Under the pieces are notes generated by a model. That model worked only from the letters and a program-made list of their open reading frames with translations. It searched no databases and was not told where the DNA came from. Below, one piece after another: positions 48,072 through 64,000 of a stretch of 64,000 nucleotides of DNA (positions are counted from its first letter, which is position 1; each line of letters opens with the position of its first letter). The DNA is taken from contig CAJFCJ010000028.1 of the NCBI GenBank assembly GCA_904063045.1, forward strand, positions 434,001 through 498,000, given 5' to 3'. The stretch is from Dimorphilus gyrociliatus (Eukaryota; Animalia; Annelida). Made by a program: the position numbers and the translations under genes.

Positions 48072-49445
48072 CTATTCAAGAGTATTTTCCAGCTTTAGCA
48101 CCCATGCCCAATTACATGGAATTTCGGAAGGCGAAAGGGGAGGTAGCGCAGCTATTACACCACCCTGAGGTCGACTTTTCCAAGTAAAAGGCTTTTTGCC
48201 AGTGTAACCAAGCATTGATAGTTTTAGTCGAGGTGAACCTTTAAGATCTGCCATTATGAGCTGTCCCTCTGCTGGCCATTTTAACACAAAAGCGTAGACG
48301 TTAGTCTTTCCATCAAGTTTTCTAGCTACATACCATAAGTCCGGATTTACTGAATCATTTTGATGTTTCCATGGAAACGTTTCATATACAGCTTCGCCGT
48401 TGACCTTCATCCAAGATCCAAATTGTCGTAATCTTTCTTCGAACACTGGTATAATTCTGCCCGATTTCGTTGGACCGACATTTATTAAAAGGTTTCCACC
48501 GCAACTAATTGTTCTGGCAAGAAGGGTCAGCATCGACTCTATTGAATGAATTTGGTCAATTGTCATTGTTCTTCTGTAGCCCCAAGAACTAGAATCAATA
48601 GGAAAGCTGTTTTCCCATTTACGTTTCTGCAATGTTCCAGGATTATACGCATCAGTGCAGTCCAAGAAACCTCCGTGCTTGCATCTGGTTTCATTTCCCC
48701 AACGATCATTTACAACAACAGTATCTCTGACAGGAGAATCATTATAGAGCCAAGCAATAAATTCTGGACTTTTCCAGTACTGAGATGAGGCTTCCCATTC
48801 ACCATCGGACCATATAACATCGGGCTTATAAGTCTTTACCAGTTCATAAAGCTCAGGTAGAGCTTTTCTATTTACGAAATCTTGAGTTCGAAATCCATTT
48901 GCTTTATCTCTCATATACAACGGATTGTACCATTCAAACATGGAATGGTATACTCCAAAATGAATTTTAGTATGTTTTCTAATGGCGTTGGCAAGTTCAC
49001 CAACCAAATCTTTCCTTGGACCAACAGCCATTGAATTCCAATTGAATGAAACGTTAGAAGGCCAATTGCAGAAGCCTTCGTGATGTTTTGAGACAAAGAC
49101 AACGTAAGAGGCCCCAGCGTCTTCAAATAGTTTAGCCCATTCAGTGGCATTGTAGAATTCAGCAGTAAAATCTCTTGCAAAATCAGCATAAGTCCAATTA
49201 GGTCGATAATTATTTTTTATAAAATTAACACAACTTGGGTTGCCCGAATTCCAACAATTCCAAAACCATTCAGAAGCAAAAGATGGTACAGAGAACACTC
49301 CCCAATGAAGAAAGATACCAATTTTTCCTTTATCAAACCACGTTGGTAGAGGTCTTTTATCCAGAGATTCCCAGTTTGCTTCATAACGTTGCCTAGCTGC
49401 AGTTAAGGCGAAAGAAGAAAGTAAAAGAAAAATTACAGCTCTCAT
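48072..49445 (-). CDS. FUCA: Alpha-L-fucosidase (GH29), intronless, 457 aa
   Basis: Signal peptide, WESLDKRPLPTWFD, KIGIFLHWGVFSVP, SKHHEGF, YKPDVIWSDGEW (nucleophile Asp), VNDRWG and GGNLLINVGP. Confidence 0.96.
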   Translation of the reverse strand: MRAVIFLLLSSFALTAARQRYEANWESLDKRPLPTWFDKGKIGIFLHWGVFSVPSFASEWFWNCWNSGNPSCVNFIKNNYRPNWTYADFARDFTAEFYNATEWAKLFEDAGASYVVFVSKHHEGFCNWPSNVSFNWNSMAVGPRKDLVGELANAIRKHTKIHFGVYHSMFEWYNPLYMRDKANGFRTQDFVNRKALPELYELVKTYKPDVIWSDGEWEASSQYWKSPEFIAWLYNDSPVRDTVVVNDRWGNETRCKHGGFLDCTDAYNPGTLQKRKWENSFPIDSSSWGYRRTMTIDQIHSIESMLTLLARTISCGGNLLINVGPTKSGRIIPVFEERLRQFGSWMKVNGEAVYETFPWKHQNDSVNPDLWYVARKLDGKTNVYAFVLKWPAEGQLIMADLKGSPRLKLSMLGYTGKKPFTWKSRPQGGVIAALPPLSPSEIPCNWAWVLKLENTLE

Positions 49446-49984
49446 AATTTGCTTCTCTTAGAATAAGAACAAGTATTGTAATTGTTTATATTTAGCTATG
49501 TACTGTAAATAATGATTAACTCAATATATTTATAGAGTATGTTTATGGGCGTCTGCTGCTATCATGAAATATACCTGTAAATGATGATAAGAACTGTGAA
49601 AGTTAGATTAGCAATGTCTATGTATATCAAAACTAGAACAAATCAATATGATATATCTAAGAATTATTAGATAATACAGTAAACAAGTAAGTTATTCATT
49701 GTTTTTATTTCTTTATTATTATAGTACAAAGTGTAAATATAGGAAATAAAAAAGAAAATTGTTTTTTACGAGATAAATGCAAAGTTTGAACACTTTCTTA
49801 GGGATCTACACTTATACATATACGAAATAGCATATATTTAAATGTATATTAATAAAGATATAGAAATGATAGCCGTCTTTTTTGGAGGTTTTCAAAAAAT
49901 GGTTATAACTAAAGTCCTAATAGAAAGTACTAAAACTAAAACAGACAGTTTATCATAAGTAGGATTTGGTGATATTTTCTGTCT

Positions 49985-53469
<3,485 letters not shown>

Positions 53470-53649
53470 GCTAAAGTTGAGCGATAAATTAAATAGTTAA
53501 TTTTATTTAATCTCAAAACGAAATCAGACGCTTTTGTACTTCTATATATATAATGATTATAGAAACTTGGATTAGTCTTACCTTTTAATAATTCAAACTA
53601 CTAAATTTCAAGAAAACTCAGCAATTACACTAATCAGCAGACGCGCTGG

Positions 53650-53686
53650 TTTCCCGCGTTTCAGTGGTCAAGGTCAATCACGTGAT
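53650..53686. promoter_or_regulatory. MCM4 upstream module: E2F site, TCAAGGTCA nuclear-receptor site and a palindromic E-box
   Basis: TTTCCCGC 53650-57, TCAAGGTCA 53668-76 and ATCACGTGAT 53677-86, about 180-220 bp upstream of the MCM4 ATG. Confidence 0.5.
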
Positions 53687-54594
53687 AAAAGGTTTCGTAT
53701 AATATATTTAAGAATTAAATAAGTGTATCCTTTTATTAGAAAAAAATCATTGTATATAAAGTATAAAAAATTTTATTTTAATAAGTAAGTCTAGATGTTT
53801 TTCAAGCAAACTGTTGCAAGTCATGTATCGTAAATGTAATTTTTTTCTAAGAGTCGAAGTCATTCTACCCAGAAGCATGCTACACTCGAAAAATTCGTTT
53901 GTACTAAGCGATAAAGAAAATTTTTTCTTCAGGTAATCAAAGTCTTTTCATTAACTAAAGAATCTTGAAATTGAATTTATGAGTCTTTTTTTTTAAAAGT
54001 GATTATAACTTTTCATTTTATATTCAAGATAAAATTTTTATGTCACGTTTGTTGAAAGTAAAATTACATCTGTGACTAATATTTTTTTATTAATATATAT
54101 ATAGTATGTCAAGGTTTCTTATTTAATATTGAAAATATTGAAAACTGTTACAACTACAACTTCCGGTTTCAGTTAATTATTGCGTGGTTGGTTCTTTATT
54201 CTGATTGAGAGGGAAACCGTCTCTTTTTCCAAATTCTGAATGCCTATTTTCTTCAGTTGAAGGTAACCAAAGCCCACCTCACGATTATTATTACGTTTAT
54301 ATCTGTGTCTAAGGATCATACATCGCTGGCATTCTAATCGTGACTATGTGTCATCAGAAAAATTTTGTCTGTTGAGATCTTACACGGTCATTGCTCTGAT
54401 TTCAATACTGTTTCATTCACTGTTCGTTAAAGGGAGCATACCATCTTCCTGGAATGACTGTAAGTGAGTGCTGTATGAAGATATTTGGAATTTAGTACTC
54501 CCCTTATCAAATTCTCACATGATCTAAATAATTCTTCGTGTAAGCTGAACCATGTTATAGCAATTCGTCATATTAAAAGTTATTGTACAAAAGA

Positions 54595-55714
54595 ATGCAC
54601 TTCATGAAAATTAAACGCCGTCGGAGCTGCTGTCGTCCTCTTGGTGTTTCATGTTTACTTTGTTCTATATTGATTTTCGAAGTCATTGATTATTTAGCGT
54701 GGGGATATACAACCTTCTGGATAGCCGAACCACTATACAAATTCAATTGGCCATTAGATGTAGATCTCGTTGATGTTGTAAATAATGTTTTGGAAAAAAA
54801 TGATCCTGATGTGGAGATCCTAAACAGATACGATGACCTAGGTCTCAAAGCATCTCCGGAAAAGTGCTCTTCTGACATTGACCTTCTTTTTGTTGTGAAG
54901 TCGGCATTTAATAACGAAGATCGTAGGCAAGTTATAAGAAGTACTTGGGGTAGTTCTAAATTTTCGGGATCGTATAATTTAAATATTAAGACAATATTTA
55001 TCGTTGCATCTTCCGACAATGAAGTGCACAACAGGAAAGTCCTACATGAGTCATCAATTCACAAAGACATAGTATTATTTTCATTTAAGGATCGTTATTG
55101 GAACAACATATATAAAGTTTTTGGTGAATATGAGTGGGTTGCGGCTAATTGCAGTGAAACCAAGCATACTTTTTTTGCTGATGACGATTGCTTTGTTTGC
55201 AGTTTGGCTTTGTTTGACTATATACAAAAGTCATCACGATATAATTTTAATCATTTATCTATTGGATATTTAAGAGAAAGAAATCCTTGCAATAGAAAGG
55301 CTTTATCAGCGTGGCAGGTTACACTAAGGGAGTATCCCTTTCAGCACTATCCTCCGTACTTTACTGGTAAGTAAATTATCTATTTAATACTATAAATAGC
55401 CTAATATATATAATTAGATATTGTGAATTATTGCTATTATCTTAGGAGGATCGTATATTTTTTCAACAAAGTACGTTGTTCGCCTAGCAATTGGTATGAG
55501 ATATACAAAGTTCTTCCGCGTAGATGATGCTTATATTGGAATAGTGGCTCACAAACTGAGAGTGCCATTAAAGCATAGCAATCGGTTCATCTTCTACTCT
55601 AGAAGCTATGATCCTCGGGTGTTAAGGACTATGATAGCGAGTCATCAGTTTGCTGACCCGTCTGATGTAAGAGAAGTCTGGAATATCTGCTTAAATGAGC
55701 ATAAGAAGAAATAA
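54595..55714 (+). CDS. GT31 beta-1,3-glycosyltransferase, brainiac/B3GALT-like, 2 exons
   Basis: Type II TM segment, LLFVVKSA...RRQVIRSTWG, FKDRYWNNIYK, FFADDDCFV (DxD), YPPYFTGGSYI and FRVDDAYIGIVA. Confidence 0.9.
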
Positions 55715-55995
55715 GTGGACAATTGGTCAATTTTTCTGATTTGTTTTTAAATCACGCTTTTCATGATGCCCAGCTTATGATATTATAATTTATAGTTAAA
55801 TTTATCTTCACTCAGTATTCTCTTTTAGTGAAAATTTAAAGTCGCTGCTCAGTGTCAAAACTATATATCTCGAGTTAACTGTATATTTTTCTTTATTGAG
55901 TTAAGAAATGTAATACTCTAGTTAAATGCTAAGAATAAAGCAAAATTTTGACTGTATACACATTATCGATATCATGTATGCTTATGAATAACGGT

Positions 55996-56316
55996 TTATT
56001 CATCTTTATAATACCGTCTTTTTAAAGTTCTATATTTTTTTAGCATATAAAGACTTTCCAATTCTTTAATAATATAATTCCCTCTTGCAATTAGTTTCTC
56101 TATTTCAATTCCATCAGTCACATCTTTATTTTTTATAAAGGCTTTTTTCAGTCTTTCTCTAAAAAAATCACTACCCTGTGGATAATCTCGTCCAAGATAA
56201 AGTAACTGTAAGAAAAATATATCATATGAAATCAGTTTAACACCTCATTATCCAAGATACTTTTTGCATACATTTTTATATAATTGAATCACTTGAGATC
56301 GATATTTGCCAGTCAT
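55996..56316 (-). CDS. ETFRF1: Electron transfer flavoprotein regulatory factor 1 (LYRM5), 84 aa, 2 exons; not in the ORF track
   Basis: Exons 56316-56272 and 56205-55996 give [15 protein letters not shown]|[31 protein letters not shown]...[32 protein letters not shown]. Confidence 0.93.
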
Positions 56317-56449
56317 TTGAGCTGCTACAGCTGATGATTAGTTCATAAAAAGGATAGTAGAGTTTTCAATATTATTAAGCAGACATGAAAACAAAGTCTA
56401 TACAGGATACGGAAGTTATCAAGAAGCCATAACAGCTGTCTGCTTGATC

Positions 56450-56462
56450 GTTGCTTAGTTAC
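56450..56462. promoter_or_regulatory. RFX X-box-like element upstream of DNAI7
   Basis: GTTGCTTAGTTAC (reverse complement GTAACTAAGCAAC), about 60 bp upstream of the proposed DNAI7 ATG at 56522. Confidence 0.5.
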
Positions 56463-56521
56463 GATTCTTTGATAAGTTCAATATAGTTTTCCAGCTATTT
56501 TTTTGAGAACAACAAACAAGT

Positions 56522-59500
56522 ATGGTAGGGAATTTTTTCCAAAAGTTATTATCTTCACACTTCAAAATGAACAACAAGTTCATTATTGATTTAACTTATA
56601 CGTATTAGGTGTATATTTAAATAAATGTTCTGATTTTTGTTATGTTCCTTAAATCTGTATTATCACCAAGGCTGAATCGTCTAGAAGTTCAGAGGCAAGT
56701 TCAAGTGCACTAAATAATATGCAATGTCATGCATGAAACAGCATTCCATAGATAGCAACGAGCTAAATTTATAATCTTAGAAATAGATTTAACAACATGT
56801 ATTATCTAATTTAAAGAGAGTTGTTTTTGAAAATTTAGCCTAAAGGCGGCAAGAAACTTTCTAAAGCCGAAAAAGAAAAACTAAAGAAGGAAGAAGCTGA
56901 AAGAAAAGCTAAAGAAGAAGGTTTGAAGACTACTAATTAGATTTGAAGAAGGAACAATATCAATTGTACTTTCTTTTCTTTCTAGAGGAACAAAAACTTC
57001 TGGCTGAAAAGGAAGAGGCAGAAAGAAAAGAACGGGAAGCTTTGGAAGCTATTGAAAGAAAAAAGGAAGAGAACGAGGTAAAGTCTATATATATATATAT
57101 TTATAATTATTTAGTCATTATAACAACAAAAGAGAAACTTTTTCTCTTTTCCAATTTTGAGACTAAATAACAAAATTATTAGGAAAGAAAAAGAAGAAAA
57201 TGGCAATTGGAGGAATTAGCAGAAGTTTGGGACAGAAATGTTCAAAATCTAGAAGAATTTGCAAGAATAGCTAGGTCAAAAGCAAAATGGCAAAGATATA
57301 TGTCCTGTGAATGGCCCGACCCAACTTTATTACCCGAGATCAACACTTACATAAATCTTTGGAGAGAGGATAAATCATCAAGCAATATTGATACAGTGTT
57401 AGCAGATAACAAAAAATGTTTAAATGTATGTTATCTATAAATACAACCATTTTTTTTCTTTAATGATTACGTTCTCAACAGTTAATTGAAGAATTACACA
57501 CTATTTTAAGAGTTACACCAGAAAACGAGATTATAGAAGAGCAAAAGGAGCAATATAATCAGACTATCGTTGAATTAGAAGAGATATTAATGGAAAAACT
57601 AGAAAAAGCAACATACAACGTATTCCTAGAATCTTATAAGTTTATTGATTCCTCTTCGTTGAATCTCGAGAGAGTTATTGAAAATAATAATTTAACGCTT
57701 GCTTGCTGGGGGAATTTAGCTAAGAATGCAAGGTATAATTAATAATCTTCTTTTATTATTAAGTTTTCATTGAAATTTAAAACAATCTTTTAGGATAAAA
57801 TCTTATAATTTCGAAGAAATTGGATTTCAATTTGATATTCCTAAATTGAAATTGGATGATAATGCAGATTGGGGAATAAGAATTCTAGTAACAAATTACG
57901 ATCATTACTCCCATCACTGTAAAACTTTTTATCCAAGAATTAAACCGAAAGCTGAACGTAAATTATTCATTCACGCTTTATAATAGACTATTTTTATTTA
58001 CATTAATTCTATAGCGACGATAATTGAAGAAGAAGAAAAGAAGGAAGATGAATCGGATGAGAAGGAGGAAGGTGAGGCGAAAGCAGATGACGAAAATGAA
58101 CAAAAAGTTGATAGGGAGGAAACTTTGGTAAATTGATTTTAATATTCATTTTATTGTATTATAACAATATGTAATACAATAATAAATTATCTCGCCAAGG
58201 ATTTGGATCAAGCATTAAAAGATTTAGAATCGGGAGAAGGTGAGAATAAAGATGAAGAAAAGGAGGAGGAAGAGGAAAAAGACAAAGAAGACGATATGGA
58301 AGAAGAGCCATTACAAATTCCCACCCCTGATATTCCTGATTTCGAAGAATTTGACGGTGCCGAAGACGTTATAGATTTGAGAGCTTTTCAAATTCTTGGT
58401 GGAATTTATCACTTTAATCTCTGCCAACTACCACCGCAACCAAGAGCACTGCAAAACTGTACTCTAACGAAAGGTTATAATTAATGAATTACAATTAAAT
58501 ATTTGATGAGCAAGTATTTAAATTTTAGTGTCCAATCCTGAGGAGTTGGTCTACGTACCGTATAAAGCTCATTACGAAGAGCCAAAGGAAGAGAACGGAG
58601 AAGAAAAGAAAAAGAACGGAGTAGAATTGGAAGAGCAGAAGAAAGATGAAAAACTTCCATTACTTATAACATTAACGTAATTATAATTATCACTTATCAA
58701 GAGTTTCATTTAAATTCTCACAATAATCTTAGTCCTTAAAGGTTAAGATGTAACAGTAGCAGATTGGTAGCTATATTTATTCCGTATAAGGAATAGTTAA
58801 GGAAATTTATATATTTTATTAGATATATAAAGACTATTGCTAATTTACATAATAAGAACTCTGCTCTTCGTTTCCTTTTAAGTTTACCGAAGAACGTCTA
58901 TTTCTGCGAAGAACCTCAAGTTGCTAGATGGAATGAAAAAGATAAAGAATGGTCCGTTGATGGTTTTTACGAGCATAATTTCGAAGAAGGTAACAAATAT
59001 TCGAATCTAATGAATATTGAATTGTTAAAAACTTTCTATCTTTCATTAATAGAGGAGAGAAGATTAACTTTTAAGAGTTTGTCATTTGGTACTTTCTCAT
59101 TAGTTCAGGATGCTCATATAAATATGCCATTTCAAACTTGGGAAATTAGGCCAAGAGATGTTAATCACGTTCTCATAACTGTTATAGCAGCTATTATAGA
59201 AGTAGAAATTGAAGTAAAGAACGACTGTTGCGCATTAATAGCACCCTCCGATAAAGAGGAGCTTCAAGAATTAATAGGAAAATTCCTACCAGTTGATCAA
59301 TTTATAACGGTAAATTATTTAACAGATTAACGAGAATTTAAAATATTAATATATCAATAGAGAATGAAGGCAGCCGGTTTAAATCTTTTCCCAGAGAGCG
59401 ATTCATATAAGTATGTAAGCGTACCAGATAAGGTTAGTAACTATTTCTTTTTAAGTTTTTAATAGGAAAATATTAAATACAACCTATATACCTTATTACT

Positions 59501-60831
59501 ATTATCATCATTACTAAATATTATACAAGTTATAGGCCTATAAAGTATATTTTATTTAGTTTTAATAATGCAATTGTGCCTCATATAGGGAGGCTCAAGA
59601 GTAGTAAGTTGGCAACGAATATTCTATACTCTATAAACTTTTATCTTCTAAATAAAAAATTGAATTATCAGCAATTTATTCCAGAAATTTATTTATAGAA
59701 TATTTATGATAAAATACAATATCCTTCTTCTTGGTAAATAACTCTATTGCATATATATTAGAACATCTGCAATGTATCTATATACAATATGAATTTGCCC
59801 AAAAGCGAACTATTATACTAATCTATTAACAATTCTATATTAAGAAGAAGAACAAGAAGAACAAGAAGAACAAGAAGAACAAGAACAAGGAGGATATTGT
59901 ATAAATCATTAATGAATTTTTTCTTTGAAAATATAAATGACTATTTAATAACTAAAAAATTGCTGATATAAGAATTTTCTATCATTAATATAAAGAAAAC
60001 ACTATATTTTTTTTTTGCACAAACAACTGCACCATTTTTTTTCCTTTTATACAAACAACTGTTGGATATATTTGAATAATTTGTGGTTTTGTTTGTTTGT
60101 TTGTTTTGTTTGTTTTTTGACTTTTCATATTAGTTTTTTACTTTATTATTTATATTTTGTTTATTCAGAAGAGTGTATTGGTTTTTTTTTATTTGTTTTG
60201 TTTTGTTTGTTTGTTTGTCAAAAAAAACACCTTTTTGTCGAGTTTATCATTAAATGGGATTTATTTATTTTTTCTTTCATTTTTATTAGAACCCAATTAC
60301 TGAAGATAGACTGTATCAACATATGGCTTTGGTATCATCGGCTTTTGCATTTAGCTGGTCAAAGTGGAATAATCAAGTTAAGGATAGCGAACAAATTATC
60401 ATTCAAGCCGCTGAACATATGGAAGACGAAGCGCTTCTTGAAGTAACTTTATCAATTCTTTATATTCACAACTTGAATTATATTATTACTAATATTAACG
60501 ATATTAAAATAATAGGAAGACTGGTCCTTATTCGCCGTTACGAAAAAGCGAACAACAAAGCTGAAAATGACAGAATTTGATGAAGAATTTTCCGCCGAAA
60601 TAGCACCTGGAACTGAGGTAAAAGAAATACTCTTCTATTCGATTATCTTCGTATAAAAATAATAGAATAACAAGGTTAACTCTCTGAATTTAGGCCCAGT
60701 CAAATATTTATCATCTTGGTAAACAATTAGCCACTGCTGAAGCAAGAACCAGAATTGAAGAAACAAATTTTGAATTTGTAAACACCTTATACAATTTAAT
60801 AAAATCAACTAGAATGTTAGTATTCTCTTAA
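56522..60831 (+). CDS. DNAI7: Dynein axonemal intermediate chain 7 (CASC1/Las1), many exons
   Basis: M|PKGGKKLSKAEKEKL, WQRYMSCEWPDPTLLPEINTYINLWRE, ACWGNLAKN, GGIYHFNLCQLPPQP, DAHINMPFQTWEIRP and MALVSSAFAFSWSKWN. The ATG-only first exon at 56522-56524 is tentative. Confidence 0.88.
59842..59889 (+). repeat. (GAAGAACAA)n tandem repeat, about 4-5 units, in the long DNAI7 intron
   Basis: Read directly: aagaagaagaacaagaagaacaagaagaacaagaagaacaagaacaag. Confidence 0.9.
60085..60220 (+). repeat. Degenerate (GTTT)n tracts in the long DNAI7 intron
   Basis: Two TTTG/GTTT runs, near 60085-60118 and 60190-60218. Confidence 0.7.
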
Positions 60832-61142
60832 AAAATGCCGATTTGATAAGAATAACTTTACCATGAAATCGTATATATTATTATTTCTATACATAACTTT
60901 ATTATTATTAATAATAATGAATGTTACAATATTTTGATAAATACTTCCTTATTTTGTATAAATACAGAAGAAAAATTAATATATAGATATATATCATTAT
61001 CTTATACAATACATTACAAATTGTATACTCTTATTCTATTTACAATATATCAATATGATCAAAATGGCACTTGAGAGAAAATGGAAGTTTACTTTAAATA
61101 AATGATACATCACGATTTAAAGAAATTGATAAGATATTAGTA

Positions 61143-61190
61143 TATGTATGTATGTATGTATGTATGTTTGTGTGTGTAGGTGTGTATGTG
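61143..61190 (+). repeat. (TATG)n/(TG)n microsatellite between the convergent DNAI7 and SLC7 3' ends
   Basis: (TATG)x6 followed by TG-rich units. Confidence 0.85.
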
Positions 61191-61488
61191 CGTGAACGTA
61201 ATCTTATCAATTGGTATAAAAAAACATAAAACTTTAATTTATCAATGAGATAAACATTTTATAACTTATTATTTTACAATAATTGTTTAAAGAAAAATAA
61301 ATGTTAATACAACACAACAATTGAGAGAGACAAATTAAATTAGACGTTTGCTTGGTTGTTTTTGGATTGTTTCTTTTTTTTCTGTTTTTGTTTTAAGTTT
61401 GTCATTTTTGGTTTTTCTTTAAAAGTTAAAGTCGAGAATTTTTTTTATGTAAACGGTTATTCCTCTTCTTTTTCATTTATTAATTTAT

Positions 61489-63885
61489 CTAATCGTTTGC
61501 CTCAGCTTCTGGTGAGATAATCTCGAAAAAGAGTTGAAGGTATGCGGTTACCGTTGCTATTTTTTCAAAGATAGAAAATGATTAAAATTGTTAAATTAAT
61601 CAATTTTCATAAACTTACCCATAAATGGTGGTATTTTATGGAAATATACTAAAGGAAAGTAGAAGAACAAACCACCAACTATAAATATTGAAGCGTATAA
61701 AAATTCCATTCTTGGGTCATCAATAATTGGAGCAACAACAAGATAGCAAGATGCTATCAGAACGATGATTGGAATGATTATTGGGACCTAGTTTGTTTTA
61801 AAAGAAAAAAGTATATATTAGCGTTATTATTGTAGAATTAGCTTGATTTCGTTTCATTTTCAATTCACCTTATATGGTCTTGGTTCATTTTTTCTAGTAA
61901 ATCTCATTACAATAAGTGCAGACATTGTTAGCCCGTAAAAAATCCAGGCCGAGAAATTAAAGAAATCAATTAACGATTCAATATCAGCTGGTATTATCAT
62001 AAGAAGTGCGATAAAAGAGACAAAGACTAAAGATGGGATTGGCGTATTTCTTTTAACGTGAACCATTCCCATCACTTCTACCATGTGTCCCTCTCTTCCA
62101 GCAACATAGAAGAGTCTATACAGGAGAGAAAAAGGATTCGATTTTTAAATTCCCCTAGTTAGCCAATTCTTTAATAATCATTATCAAATAGAATCAATTA
62201 AAGAATCATTAAACCTTCCGGCTGCAAACATGGAACCATTTATTGAACCAAAAGCGGAAGCGGCAATGAGTAGACTTATTAAGACCATTTTATATCTGAT
62301 TTCTCCTTCGAAAGTTTTTAGAAAATCCTAAAAGTAAATCATTAAAATCACAAATTATAAAAATTAAGAAAATATCTTGGAGCGTTAATTTTCCAATGGG
62401 AAAATTAACATAATCAACAACAATTAAAGCAAAGAAATAATCAAATATAGAAGCATCTTATCAAAAAAAATACGGGAAAGCAATCTGTAATATTTCATCA
62501 TCCTGAAGCGTGAGATTTGAAGATAAGCTTGTTTTAAAACGTATTATGTACCTGCTAGATGAAAACATTGTACCGTTGGCGGCACCAAATGTTGAAAAGG
62601 CTACGAAGATTGGTATCATCCATTTTACCGGTCTAATAACTGCTTCCGCCCATGTCTGTTTAATTTCTAACAGTCTAACTAACCGCCCAACATAATATTT
62701 ATTACATTAGAAATGTATACTTACAATAGCAACAGCCGTTGAATCCAGTAGTTGAGCCGGAGTCATTACAGTAAAGTAACTAATATTTACCAAAAGATAA
62801 CATACAGTAACCAACGGAATACCAATTAAGATTGAACGAGGTAGATTACTGAGATTAACGGTCAAGATTAATTTTGTTTTATAAACTTGTCCCAGTTGTT
62901 GTAAAATTTATCTACTTACACGTTTGGATTAATAATCTCTTCTGTTACGTAATTTAAATTATTCCATCCATCGTAGGCCCACATGCCGTTGTAAATACCA
63001 ATAGCAATTTTACCCACTTGTTTATTTGTACCCGTAAATCCAGTCGCCAAAATAGCTGTTTGACCTGATTAGAGAATGAAAAAATTAAGATTTTCAATAC
63101 TGTTTTAATTAATAGTCAAACCTTGGCCAAGTCTTACAATTCCTCCAATAATAATTACAGCGATGGCTATTAGTTTTGCAACTGTAAAGACAACTTGAAT
63201 TCTTGCTGCTAACTTGACGGAAAAGCAGTTGACAGCAGTAAGAAGAACTATTTTTTAAATTAATATTACGTATAGTTTGCTGTAAATAATATTTATAGCG
63301 ATTACTTATAACTAGAGCAGCCATGATTTTCTTATTTGGAGTTGGAGGCTCACCGCAACCGTCGTCAAAAAATGGTACCATTACGTATTCGGCGCAAGTT
63401 AGAGATATGATAGCAATCGATGACGGCTTTATTAACAACATTGAAACCCAATTAAAAAGAAATGCCGGTATTCTACCAATTGATCTATATTTCTCTTTTC
63501 CTCCATAGCATTCTAGTAAATATGCATATTCGCATCCCGACTTTGGAATCATAGTTCCAAGTTCGGCTAGTGAAAGTGCTCCAAACATTGATATTATTCC
63601 ACAGATAGACCAAGATATAAGAGACAATCCTACTGATCCAGATCCCCTAGTTACTCCCTTGGGGGAGATGAAAATTCCCGATCCTAATAGGTTTTAAAAA
63701 TCCGTTAATCCGTGCTAGATAAGAAACATGTTAAGAAACCTTTTTTTACCTATCATAGTTCCAACAATTAAAGAAATTCCAGCAACTAATCCAACTCTTT
63801 TCTTCAATCCTACTTTAGAATTAGATGATGCAATTGACACACCATCGTCCCCGTTTGAACCAATATTTCTCTCTCGAACGCTCAT
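61489..63885 (-). CDS. SLC7A9: SLC7 heteromeric amino acid transporter light chain, b(0,+)AT/SLC7A9-like
   Basis: [49 protein letters not shown], conserved heavy-chain-linking Cys in [26 protein letters not shown] and [10 protein letters not shown]. The start may lie further upstream; ortholog status is approximate. Confidence 0.88.
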
Positions 63886-64000
63886 GTTGCTGTAGCTGCC
63901 TTCACGATTGCACTCAGAATGAAGAAGCCGATCCAATTTATACCAGTTAAACTTTAAGCGTAACCGTTGGATGCGACAGAATAAAATATACTCAACGAAC

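Noticed and set aside
59842-59899. GAAGAACAA repeat as a cassette exon encoding EEQ repeats in DNAI7
   Set aside because: The candidate splice phases (1/1) do not match the phase-0 flanking exons.

Overview
This is not prokaryotic DNA. It is an AT-rich, very gene-dense animal (invertebrate-type) genomic window with short GT-AG introns, mostly about 50-110 nt. I reconstructed 26 host protein-coding genes (about one per 2.5 kb) by splicing exons by hand. Recognisable genes: PITPNC1, ERI3-like exonuclease, USO1, DUS4L, a classical SDR, WASHC5, IQCK, MOB1, RCC1, NELFB, TBCE, DIPK2A, PIH1D1, YTHDC2, a GH29 alpha-L-fucosidase, MCM4, a brainiac-like GT31, ETFRF1 (absent from the ORF track), DNAI7/CASC1 and an SLC7A9-like transporter. 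Six genes have no assignable ortholog: a tail-anchored protein, a tandem RanBP2 zinc-finger protein, a 2-TM protein nested antisense in WASHC5 intron 1, a CUB-TM-PY receptor, an acidic CARD protein and an EMI-like small protein. One full-length DD34E Tc1 transposon (12075-13727) lies in an intron. It has TA target-site duplications, four 17-bp transposase-site repeats with identical 227-bp spacing at both ends, a single in-frame stop and strong CpG depletion. Other top leads are a YTHDC2 YTH domain lacking the second aromatic-cage Trp and a candidate polycistronic SDR-DUS4L-orphan cluster with 108- and 86-bp gaps. No tRNA, rRNA or CRISPR array was recognised. All gene models, homology calls and counts are manual and from memory of the families; no search was run. 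The organism is unknown (compact-genome invertebrate, by inference only).
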